A stretch of DNA of 64,000 bases, taken from assembly GCF_006345805.1 (NCBI RefSeq), contig NC_043000.1:84878001-84942000 (forward strand), given 5' to 3'. Source of the DNA: Octopus sinensis (Eukaryota). How positions within the stretch are numbered: the stretch's first letter is position 1; every line of letters starts with the position of its first letter. Of this stretch, positions 52,085-64,000 are shown in pieces. Both the position numbers and the translations under genes were made by a program. The notes under the pieces are model-generated. The model saw only the letters and a list, made by a program, of their open reading frames with translations, was not told the origin of the DNA and ran no database searches.

Positions 52085-53342
52085 TTGGGTTGGCAAGAAA
52101 GTAATTTCGTTTTCACAAATAGAATTAAGATTTTTTTAATGACTTTAGTCAATGTTGTGATTTTTTTTCCTTTTGACATTTGATAGCCGTTACTTTTAGC
52201 TTTCTTTAGAAGCAAATTGCGTGTAATTTTGTTTACAGCTATTAGTTCAGTGACAGTTTTATCATGGAGTAGAAAAACGAACATTTTCGCCATATTTTGC
52301 TCTTCTATTTCTGTAAAGGCAAGAAAGCCGCTGAGGCTCACAAAGATATATGTGAAGTTTATGGTGTTGATTGCTTAACAGAACGCACATGTCAGAAATA
52401 GTTTTAAAAATTCCATTCTGGAGATTTTTCACTCGAAGATGACCAACATTCTGGTCAACCTCCTAAAGTTGATCATAACCGAATCAAATTCATAATTGAA
52501 TCTGATTGTCATTTAACTGTGTGAGAGATTGCAGAGAGGTTAAATGTATCACACATAATTGAAAATCTCTTAAAATATCTTGGACTTATTAAGAAGCTCG
52601 ATATTTGGGTTCCACATTAATTGAAAGAGATTCACTTAACACAACGAATCAATATCTGCGATATGCATCTGAAACGCATGAAATAGACGTTTTTCTTCAA
52701 ACGAATCATCACTGCTGATGAAAAATGGATTGTCTACAATAACATCAATCGAAAACGATCATGGTCCAAGAGTAATGAACCAGCACAAATCACATCGAAA
52801 GCTGAATTGCATAAAAAAAAACTATGCTGTCAATTTGGTGGGATTATAAACGTGTTGTGTATTTTGAGCTGCTTTCAAGGGACCAAACGATCAATTCAGA
52901 TGTTTACTGTCAACAACTAGTGAAACTGGAGGAAGCAATTTAAAAAATGGCTAAAATTGGCAAATCGTAAAGAAATCGTGTTCTACCATGACCACACACG
53001 TCTTTGCTAACCCATGAGAAACTATTGGAGCTTGGTTTGGAAGTGATGTCACATCCACCATATAGCTCTGATCTTGCACCACCAGATTACCATTGAAGTT
53101 TGCAAAATTCTTTGAATGGTAAAACTTTCAATAATGATGATGACCTGAAATCGCACTTGCTGCAGTTTTTGGCTAATAAAGAATAGAAGTTCTATGAGTG
53201 CGGAATCATAAATTTGCCAGAAAGATAACAAAAGGTCATCGAACAAAATGGAAAATATATAATTGATTAAAGTTCATTCTTTGTATGAAAAAAATGACTT
53301 GTTTCACATTAAAAAAATGAAATTAATTTCTTGCCAACCCAA
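52085..53342 (+). mobile_element. Full-length mariner transposon (1258 bp, mellifera-like TIR)
   Basis: TIR TTGGGTTGGCAAGAAA(G/T)TAATTT at both ends; TA on both flanks. Confidence 0.93.
52264..53270 (+). pseudogene. Mariner DD34D transposase pseudogene
   Basis: FRHILLFYF, WVPH*L, ITADEKW, FYHD, HPPYSSDLAPPDY; multiple stops and frameshifts. Confidence 0.92.
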
Positions 53343-53809
53343 TAATTACTAAAAGTTCACCGACAACTCAAAAGTTAGTTGAGGTTCTTAAAGAATGGGC
53401 CACAAATATCAAAATACACAAAGAAGATGCAGAACGTTTGCCACGAGAGTTATCTTACGGAACATCAATATGTTTCGGTAATTTTTCACTTCGTCAGAGT
53501 CTGTTGAACTCAAGGCAATTATTCGTTTAGCAGTATAATAAATATTTAGCTAGGACTTGGCATCAGCAGTGGTTTATTTTAAACATCAAAGTAATGGAAT
53601 AGTTGTCTATCCGTAGTAAAAATGCATCGGTAGGGTGTTCTACTGGGAGAAAAATTAATAAACTGGTACACTAAAATACATACAAGGGTTATTTCGTTAA
53701 TCCTTTCCACCTCTCTCTCTCTTTCTCTCTCTCTCTTTCTCTCTCTCACTTTCTCTCCTTCTCTCTTTTTCTCTTACTTTCTCTCTTCTCCATTCTTTCA
53801 AACATAGTT

Positions 53810-53965
53810 CCATGGTTAACAAGTTCGCTTCATAATCATGTAGTTTTCGGTTCAATCCGACTTGGCGGCACAATGGGTAAGTGTCTTCTACAACAGGTTC
53901 TTAATGCCAATGCCTTGTAAGTGGATTTGGTAAAAGTAAACTATGTAGAAGATCATCATGTATAT
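53810..53965 (+). mobile_element. Old SINE family D 5' fragment
   Basis: ggttcaatcc B-box and aagtgtcttctac...gccttgtaagtggatttggt core. Confidence 0.55.
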
Positions 53966-53999
53966 TCCTCTATATATCTTTGTGTGTGTGTATGCATAT

Positions 54000-54069
<70 letters not shown>

Positions 54070-54419
54070 AATAATAAACAGGTGAAGAACGAATATATAT
54101 ATATGCAAATATGTATGTATGTCATCTGACATGTGACACCCATTACACCTGTACAGGTAATGTCGATTTGATGGAGTTAATGAGCTTATGTGTACACAAA
54201 CATTTGATCACTATAAACAAATCATCTGTATGGTTGTTCGATAAGAAATTGGCGAACGCTTATTCGCCGTCTAACGACGGGAGAGTCGCAGAATGTGTGA
54301 CGAAAGGTGTTGTGTCCAGACAATGAGTATAAAATAAGAACAATAATAAACAGGTGAAAAACGAATATATAGTGCGTGTGTTTATTTGGCAAGAAAAAAT
54401 GGCCATCCCCAAATATAAC

Positions 54420-54870
54420 AGTATATATATATATATATATATTCAAGCTTTTAATTATTTTTCTTACTAACTATACATTTCACCACCACGCCTTCCTATC
54501 ATTTACAATAACTTCACACCTAAACACACCCTCTATCCCACATACTATTCTGTCACACTTGCCAACCGCCACACACCTCCACACACACACCAAGAAACCA
54601 CCTCACTCCCATACAACACACACGCGCACACACACAGACACACACCTATTCTATCTCCATGCTCGGGTTCTGTCGGAAACATGCGCTCACTGCTCTGCAT
54701 CTTCCTGTCTTCCTACCTCGCTGGCGCCAAACTTTTCTTTCTTCTTTTCTCACCATCTCCTCTCCTATTGTATTCCTATTCTTTCTTTCCTTTTTATCTG
54801 ATGAAGGATAACGTCCGAAATGTCAAGGAATCTTTTCTCTCTTTTTAAGCGATATACTAATAGCATTCTT
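54420..54870 (+). mobile_element. PLE-type 3' UTR/pLTR fragment with hammerhead
   Basis: CA/pyrimidine-rich architecture like 4195-5092; both flanks (TA)n. Confidence 0.6.
54788..54829 (+). ncRNA. Minimal type I hammerhead motif, canonical core and GUC triplet
   Basis: CUGAUGA-A-GGAU-AAC-GUCC-GAAA-UGUC-AAGGA; stem I imperfect. Confidence 0.6.
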
Positions 54871-55431
54871 ATATATATATATATTTTGTTTAAATTATAT
54901 ACATATGTATTTACATGAGTGTGATTGTGTGTATGTGTGTGTGTGTGTTTGTTTGTGTGTGTGTGCGTGTGTGTGCGCGTGTGCGTGTGTGAATGTGTGT
55001 GCTTTGTAGAATATATTTATATATGTACATTATATAATTGCGTGCCAGAATACTCCTTCACGTCAGCTACCAACAGTTCCCGGTTTAGGGTGTTAAGCGT
55101 ACGAACAGTTCACGGTTTAATGTGTAAAGCATGCGAAATCCCTTTCAAAACGTTATTCGCACATATATCGTCTTCTGTCTGATAATCATAAAAGATACAT
55201 TGAAATTCTTTACACCTCTTCCAGAAGCTATTTTCTTCTCTTCTATTCATCTTCAATGAATGAAATTTCGTAGAGTTATCTAGTTATCTCTCTAATTATT
55301 TCAGCTTAAAAAGAAATTATCCCCGCCAATGCTGCCATAAACTCTTGTAAAGTACATAATGTCTAATAAACTACATTTTCGCAGTTCATATTTTTTAAAA
55401 AGCGCAGTTTCATATTAATATTACACTTACA

Positions 55432-55500
55432 TAAGGCGGCGAGCTAGCAGAATCGTTAGCACGCCGGACAAAATGCTTAGTGTCCGCATTAAAATTATGA
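55432..55500 (+). mobile_element. SINE family B head fragment
   Basis: aaggcggcgagctagcagaatcgttagcacgccgg matches the head of 45525-45742. Confidence 0.7.
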
Positions 55501-55544
55501 ATTCAAATTACGTAATATTTTATTTTACTTCTACGCCCTTTTCC

Positions 55545-55795
55545 AGCCTAGCCAGGCTCAAGGGCCCGGTTTCCCGGTTCCTGTGGCGTATGTGTTTCCT
55601 CCAGCTAGACAAGACGCTAGTCCATCGCAGCGTTACTCAAGAAACAAAAAGAAAGAGTGAGAGAAAGTTGGGGGAAAGAGTACAACATGGGTCGCCACCA
55701 CTCCCTGCCGGAGCCTCGTGGAGCCTTAGGTGTTTTCTCTCAATAAACACACACAACGCCCGGTCTGGGAATCGAAACCGCGATCCTCCGCTTCC
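55545..55795 (-). mobile_element. SINE family A-related, 5'-truncated
   Basis: Homologous to 1888-2178; B-box GGTTTCGATTCCC. Confidence 0.8.
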
Positions 55796-56244
55796 CTAAC
55801 CAAATTATGAAATAACTAAACATTAATTTTCTGCTACCAGATTCTAGTAGTTTCCGTATTAAAAACCCGCGACAAAATAAAAGTTTCATTTTAATACTTA
55901 GTGCCCACTTTTTGTTTCATAATAAACCTCTAGAATGCGTCTGTGTGTGTGCGCACGTATGTCTGTATATTCATGTATTATAAGGCAGAAGTTACAAATA
56001 ATTTCAAGGGTTAAGAGTTCGTGCATTGGCAAACGTATATATGTATTTGTTTATATATGTAATAATCATAATAATGATAATAATAATGATAATAATAATA
56101 ATAATAATAATAATAATAGGGAGTATAACTCCAAACTTACAGGGAAAGATTCAAATAGTGGTTTTATCTGTAATTTATATTTTATATATATATATATACA
56201 CACATACATACATACGCATATATATATATACATACATACATATA

Positions 56245-58425
<2,181 letters not shown>

Positions 58426-58427
<2 letters not shown>

Positions 58428-58946
58428 CTTTATTAGCCACACACAGGGCTGAACACAGACGGGACAGATTACAAAGTATAGCTTTTCTTTTTGGGGAGAA
58501 AAAAAGGGGGTAGGTTTTCGATCATAAGGGATCGTAAAAAGGAAAAAGAAAAAAGAAAAAAAACGACCAATAGGGATCGTGTATCACAGAAATGTCATGA
58601 TGTAAAGTGTAAAGGGGGAAACAGATAAGGTTAATCCGTGGAAAGAAAAGCCTACGGAAAAGACCACGGTAACCTCGGTCAATAATGTCACATGTTAACA
58701 CATTTATTTGCAAGTAAGTAACTCTCTGTTTTAAATTTTTCCGGGTTCATAGGATTATGCTCAAGATGGCTTCGTCATTCATACGTACCATCCTTGCTAC
58801 ATTCACCCATCTTTTTTTTTTAAACATTCGCTAGACAAAACTTGCCTCTCTACTCTCACTTTCCTTTTCAAGTGATACTTTAAGAAGTTGATGAGAGATT
58901 GACCAGAGAGGACAGTGTTTGTCTCTAATCTTTTCAGACGCGTCCA
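58426..58946 (-). mobile_element. 3' fragment of a relative of the 16-22 kb LINE
   Basis: WTRLKRLETNTVLSGQSLINFLKYHLKRKVR matches the ORF2 C-terminus; same 3' UTR with AATAAA; followed by (AC)n. Confidence 0.9.
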
Positions 58947-59014
58947 CACACACACACACTCACACACACATACACACACACATACACACACATATATATA
59001 AACACAAACATATG

Positions 59015-59053
<39 letters not shown>

Positions 59054-59160
59054 ATGCATATATACATACATATGTATATATACATCCACACACATACACA
59101 TATATATATACATATATATACATATATACATATATACATATATATACATATATACATATG

Positions 59161-59360
59161 TGACTGCGTGTGTATCGTTTTTTTTCCCTCCGTCTTCCCT
59201 TCCTTAGATCTTTCCTTTTTCTATGTTTCTGGAGAAGAGCTCCGCTCGAAACGTTAAATCTTCCTTCTTTCTTTCCTTCCTGAGCGTCCAATAACACTAT
59301 ACTTGTTCCACATCCTCGCGTTGTTATGTCTCCTCTTTGTGTTTTCATGTTTGGATTAAC

Positions 59361-59361
<1 letters not shown>
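59161..59361 (+). mobile_element. ~200-bp hammerhead-bearing element, copy 2
   Basis: Homologous to 31481-31680; core CUGGAGA (A6G) at 59229-59235; ends in (TA)n. Confidence 0.8.
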
Positions 59362-59399
<38 letters not shown>

Positions 59400-59435
<36 letters not shown>

Positions 59436-59438
59436 GAG

Positions 59439-59526
<88 letters not shown>

Positions 59527-59580
59527 GGATAGATAGATAGGCAGACAGACAAACAGACTGACAAGCAGGCAGGTTGACAG

Positions 59581-59665
<85 letters not shown>

Positions 59666-59670
59666 TAGAT
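59400..59670. repeat. (GA)n(GATA)n(GACA)n compound microsatellite
   Basis: Directly visible. Confidence 0.95.
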
Positions 59671-60466
59671 ATATTAACTGAGAAGCAAGCAGACATGCAG
59701 ACATACTGACAGACAGACATAGATATCAATGGAGACAAAAGTCATATTTTCTTACGTCCGTATACATATGTATGTATACGCATTTCTCTTATTTTCCCAT
59801 AAAGATATATTTCTTGTTATGCCATTTCCACTCCACCACACTCCTCCAGTATAAACAAAGACAGTGTCAAACGGTGAAGGGCGCAGGTTTTCTGCGTAGA
59901 GAAATAGCTTTCTTTCAATAACGCCTACTGATTAAATTTTCTCTCTTTTTACCTGTACTTATACAATGTCAGATATTCAGAGATATAAAGTACACTGCTG
60001 TGTGACAAACAGGCTATAGCTCAAATTCAAAACTGTCCAGAAGCTACGATGACACGATTAAGTAGCCTTGCTCTTCAGTAAGTGAATATTTATGTGCATG
60101 TGTATATGTTAGTGTATGTGTGTGCACGTGTGTATGAGTGTATTTGTTCGTCTATGAATGTGAGAGAGACAGTGTATTCTGTTGGGTTTCTTTATGGGTG
60201 TATATGTTTTAAAATGTGTATTGACCTCGTTTGAAATGTTTACATTGTATGATCAGCTTGCTATATATATATAGAACTTAGTAACAACGCCATTGTATTT
60301 AGATACGTACAGATAGGTGCAGATATGCATTTGAATTGAGGGATATATATATAGAGAGAGAGGGGGTGAAGGAGGGAGGAGGAAGAGCAATGCTGATGAT
60401 AACTAGTACACTCAGTCACTGTAGTGACTTCCTTGTAAATTGCGAATAAGCTACCTTCATTGTTTA

Positions 60467-60850
60467 CTAGCAATACATCCCGGCGTTGCCCGGGTGTTAT
60501 GTCCTACGACTATATTGTATTATTTGTTCTTTTCTTATGGGCAGAATCGGCACAGCTGATACATAGTGAACTGGATTACATGTGTAATGGAAATTATTGT
60601 TTGTTTAAAAGTGAAGGGGGAGGGTACATTTTACAGGGGTTTGAATGAAAGTACCTTTCCGTACTTAAGAAAGATCGCAAACCATGTATTGTTTGAGCGT
60701 ATAAAAGGAGGTTAATGCGATTCTACTCAGAAATCACCTTTTCAAAAATTTTATTTTCACCCACCCCGTCCCCATCGCAATTTCTTAATTTGTAACTTTT
60801 TTCGATTTTTTTTTAAAATCCGCGTTAAAAATACAGAGATTACGAATCTA
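60467..60850 (-). mobile_element. Helitron-like element (family H4)
   Basis: 3' hairpin CCCGGGCAACGCCGGG then CTAG at an A|T site; 5' end merges into (TA)n. Confidence 0.6.
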
Positions 60851-60871
60851 ATATATATATATATATATATA

Positions 60872-61210
60872 TATATTGATAAAACGGTAAGATAACAAAA
60901 GAAAGAAAGAGACCTCAATATTATGTAAATAGAGGAAATTTATCTGTACAATATGTTACATTACTCGGTAGTCAAGATAAAACTCTGAGTTTCAGATGCC
61001 GAAGTGGAAATCCACAACACCATCTCTTCGGTTATCTGGCTATTTGAAAACGTTATGATAACGTTTTCAAATAGCCAGATAACCGAAGAGATGGTGTTGT
61101 GGATAACGTTTTCAAATAGCCAGATAACCGAAGAGATGGTGTTGTGGATTTCCACTTCGGCATCTGAAACTCAGAGTTTTATCTTGACTACCGAGTAATG
61201 TAACATATTG

Positions 61211-61212
<2 letters not shown>
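60872..61212. mobile_element. Foldback PLE-type element: perfect palindrome 60947-61212 with a 45-bp tandem duplication
   Basis: Centre at G61057; units 61060-61104 and 61105-61149; flanked by (TA)n. Confidence 0.9.
61123..61183 (+). ncRNA. Type I hammerhead motif with U4C core and extended stem II (mirror copy 60976-61036, minus)
   Basis: GAUAA-CCGAAGA-GAUG-[GUGGA-UU-UCCAC insert]-CAUC-U-GAAA-CUCAGAGUU-UUAUC; stem I 5 bp. Confidence 0.6.
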
Positions 61213-61251
<39 letters not shown>

Positions 61252-61254
<3 letters not shown>

Positions 61255-61320
61255 GGGAGACTTTATGAAAAAAATAAAAGATGAAGACAGGTGGTATACA
61301 AAACAAATAGATGTATTAGT
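61252..61320 (-). mobile_element. PLE pLTR 3'-terminal fragment
   Basis: Homologous to 5293-5375 (tagggaga...gacaggtgg...gatgtattagt). Confidence 0.75.
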
Positions 61321-62075
61321 ATAACGCTCAGGAATAAAAGTTTAATTGCCCTTAAAGAAATACTCAATGCCCCTTCCCCCTACTCGCCAACCCATCACCT
61401 TTCCGCTTTCAAAAAGGTAAAATCTCTTGATGTTTCACTTTCGTCTGATGTTTCACGCATACATAAAAATGTACTGAAATAGTTGACGTAAAAAATAGCA
61501 GACCACCACAAGAAAACCCGACGTGCTAGAAGCAAGAGCTAAACGACATTATTTCTGAAGAAACTTCCTCGCTTTCAAAAAGCTAAAAGTGAAACAATGG
61601 GAGTTTATAGCATTTAAATGTGATGAGGGTGATGGGTGGATGTTTGGGAAGATTTTAGTTTTTCTTTAAGAAAAAAGAAAGTAGAAAATTCTTTAAGATT
61701 CGTACCAAGAAAGAAATTTAGAAAAAAGTAAAACGATGAAGAAATTGGGGTGGAGAGAGAGAAAATTAAAATATTGAGAACGTGTTTTTGGGCGAAATCC
61801 TAATCTCCTGTATCAAAATCACAGGAATCGGAAAAAAAAATTAAGGAAAAAAATATGGGCGGGGGCGCAAATGTCACCTCGGACACGCTAGAAACAAAGG
61901 ACAGGATTTCTAGGAAAACTTCCTTTTAAGTTTGTCATTACAAACACAGATTACAGAATAGAAAAGGTCATTTCAGTTGGATTCGAGTCATAATTTTGCG
62001 CGTGCACAGGGCAAGAAATAGCATAATTCGTACAGAAGTTTTACCTAGAGAAAAAGAGAGGAGGGAGAGAGAGAA

Positions 62076-62139
<64 letters not shown>

Positions 62140-62152
<13 letters not shown>

Positions 62153-63417
62153 CGGCGGTTCTCGAAACAGATGTTGCTATAAATAATAGCGTGTAAATAT
62201 TTGGTTAAAAACTCATTCTTCGACTTTTCCTATCCAAAGAGCTTTTTAACACATTATTTAACACAATTATTTATAGTTTTATACGTTTCAATTTTCACCG
62301 TTCCAAAAATAAGTCATTTCACATTCTGTCGAAGATTTTAAATCCTTATACAAAAACAATATATGTATATTTATAGTCACATCTTTATCTAAACACACAC
62401 ACGCACACACATATATGCATGTATGTATGTATTATGTATGTATTATGTATGTATGTATGTATGTATGTATGTATGTATGTATGTATGTATGTATGTATGT
62501 ATGTATGTATGTATGTATGTATGTATGTATGTATGTTTGTATGTATGTATGTATTCAACGACAAACCATGTACAGACCTACTGTTGGTCAACTTTTCACC
62601 CCTGTATCATCATATTTCAAACTTTTTCTCATGAAATTCATTAACTTTTCTCGAGAACACCACCCCATTTTGACCAATCGTGTTATTTCTCCGTTTTTCT
62701 TTTTAGTCGACAGTCACCCCTAGCAACGATCTCTGACGTAGTATTATATCTCTCATTTCCTATTGATAGTATTTTGTTACACGGTAAAAATGTTTGTATT
62801 AGAGTGAGTTTTGTATATATGACTCAGTCCCTTTGTACATAAAAAATAACAATTATTTATACAATATTATAACCAGTGGCCAGGTTGCCAGTTTTCCCGA
62901 CGGCAAGTGGGCCCCTGCGCCATTAGAATCCATATATAGGGGCCCATGTTAGTATCTAAGGAGCCCATCCTCTCAAGTTTGGGAATTTTTTATTCACTCC
63001 TGAAAGAATGCATTATTTCAGCCTGGCTATGTTTGTTGACAGTTGAAAAGAATATTTCTAACAAAAAAAAAGACAAAAAAATTATACGATAGCGTTTATA
63101 GTTGCGGATGGGCCTCCTTGTAGTTGCGGGGGTCCCCTTAGTTCCTGGCAACCAATATTTTTAGACTCAGTCCGCCACTGGTTATAATCCACCCCTATAT
63201 GTATTCAAAAGCTTTTTCAAAATATAAAAACTAAAATTAATTTACTTCCACAAAACTACTGAAGTTACCTTACATAAATTAATCTCTTCCCCATTCCATA
63301 AATTTCATTATATCATACATGTATGATTTTATCATGCATGTATATATATCTTGACGCTTTTGTTCTCTGCTTGAGTAAACCTCGCAAGAGCCTTATATGC
63401 ATGTGTGTGTGTGTGTT

Positions 63418-63460
<43 letters not shown>

Positions 63461-63514
63461 CCATGTGTATAAATATAAACAAGCATTTGCTTCTTATAAG
63501 CGCCGAAATGCGTG

Positions 63515-63558
<44 letters not shown>

Positions 63559-64000
63559 GATATAATATAATATAAACGGCAGTTTGCAATGTTTCACCAA
63601 AAAGGAGAATTACAAATGTCCCTAAATTTAACTACATTGCTAGAAATAATAGCTAAATCGCTAAATTATCCAATTATTTGGATGGCGTAAACATAAATGC
63701 TAATGGCGATCAAGTCTTGAAAGAGCTGAACAATCGAGCGGTCTTAATTGATGAGGCAAAGGAAATTGCCGAAACTGACGCGTCAGTATTAAGAATTCTC
63801 GGACAGCACTTTTCGGACGATTATGGTCCTTGCTAGTGTATATTTTCATCCATGTGCGTTAACAACAGCATTAGAGCGGTTTAGCTCTTATTTGTATCAA
63901 TGTAGATGTTTCCTAACACCCTAGTCACATTTGGGGATATTTTTCATTCTCATATGCGTGTGTATGTGTGTTTGTGTGTGTGTATGTGTGTTTGTGTGTG
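62140..64000 (+). repeat. Segmental duplication, copy 2 (runs off the window; includes MITE copy 62874-63180)
   Basis: Near-identical to 56470-58370. Confidence 0.95.

Overview
Eukaryotic, AT-rich, microsatellite-saturated intronic or intergenic DNA. The SINE families and repeat landscape look like an octopus (coleoid cephalopod) genome; this is an inference from pattern recall, not a database result. No host protein-coding gene can be supported, only two weak candidate exons. Nearly all long ORFs in the track are microsatellite read-throughs or antisense shadows of transposon ORFs. Real content: a near-full-length 6.1-kb L1/Tx1-type LINE inside a (GATA)n tract plus a 3' fragment of a relative; an R4/Dong 3' fragment next to (TAA)n; three distinct Penelope-like element (PLE) coding remnants; a full-length mariner with TIRs, several mariner and Tc1 relics; about ten non-autonomous Helitrons, two of them in CTAG|TC head-to-tail junctions; a dozen tRNA-derived SINEs; a MITE; and a near-identical duplication of about 1.9 kb. 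The most interesting theme is a set of short PLE-type terminal repeats that sit in microsatellites, are often arranged as foldbacks, and carry minimal type I hammerhead ribozyme folds. Their catalytic cores differ by family: canonical CUGACGA and CUGAUGA, A6U, a compensatory U3-A8 variant, and U4C. All ribozyme calls are by-eye structure predictions and untested.
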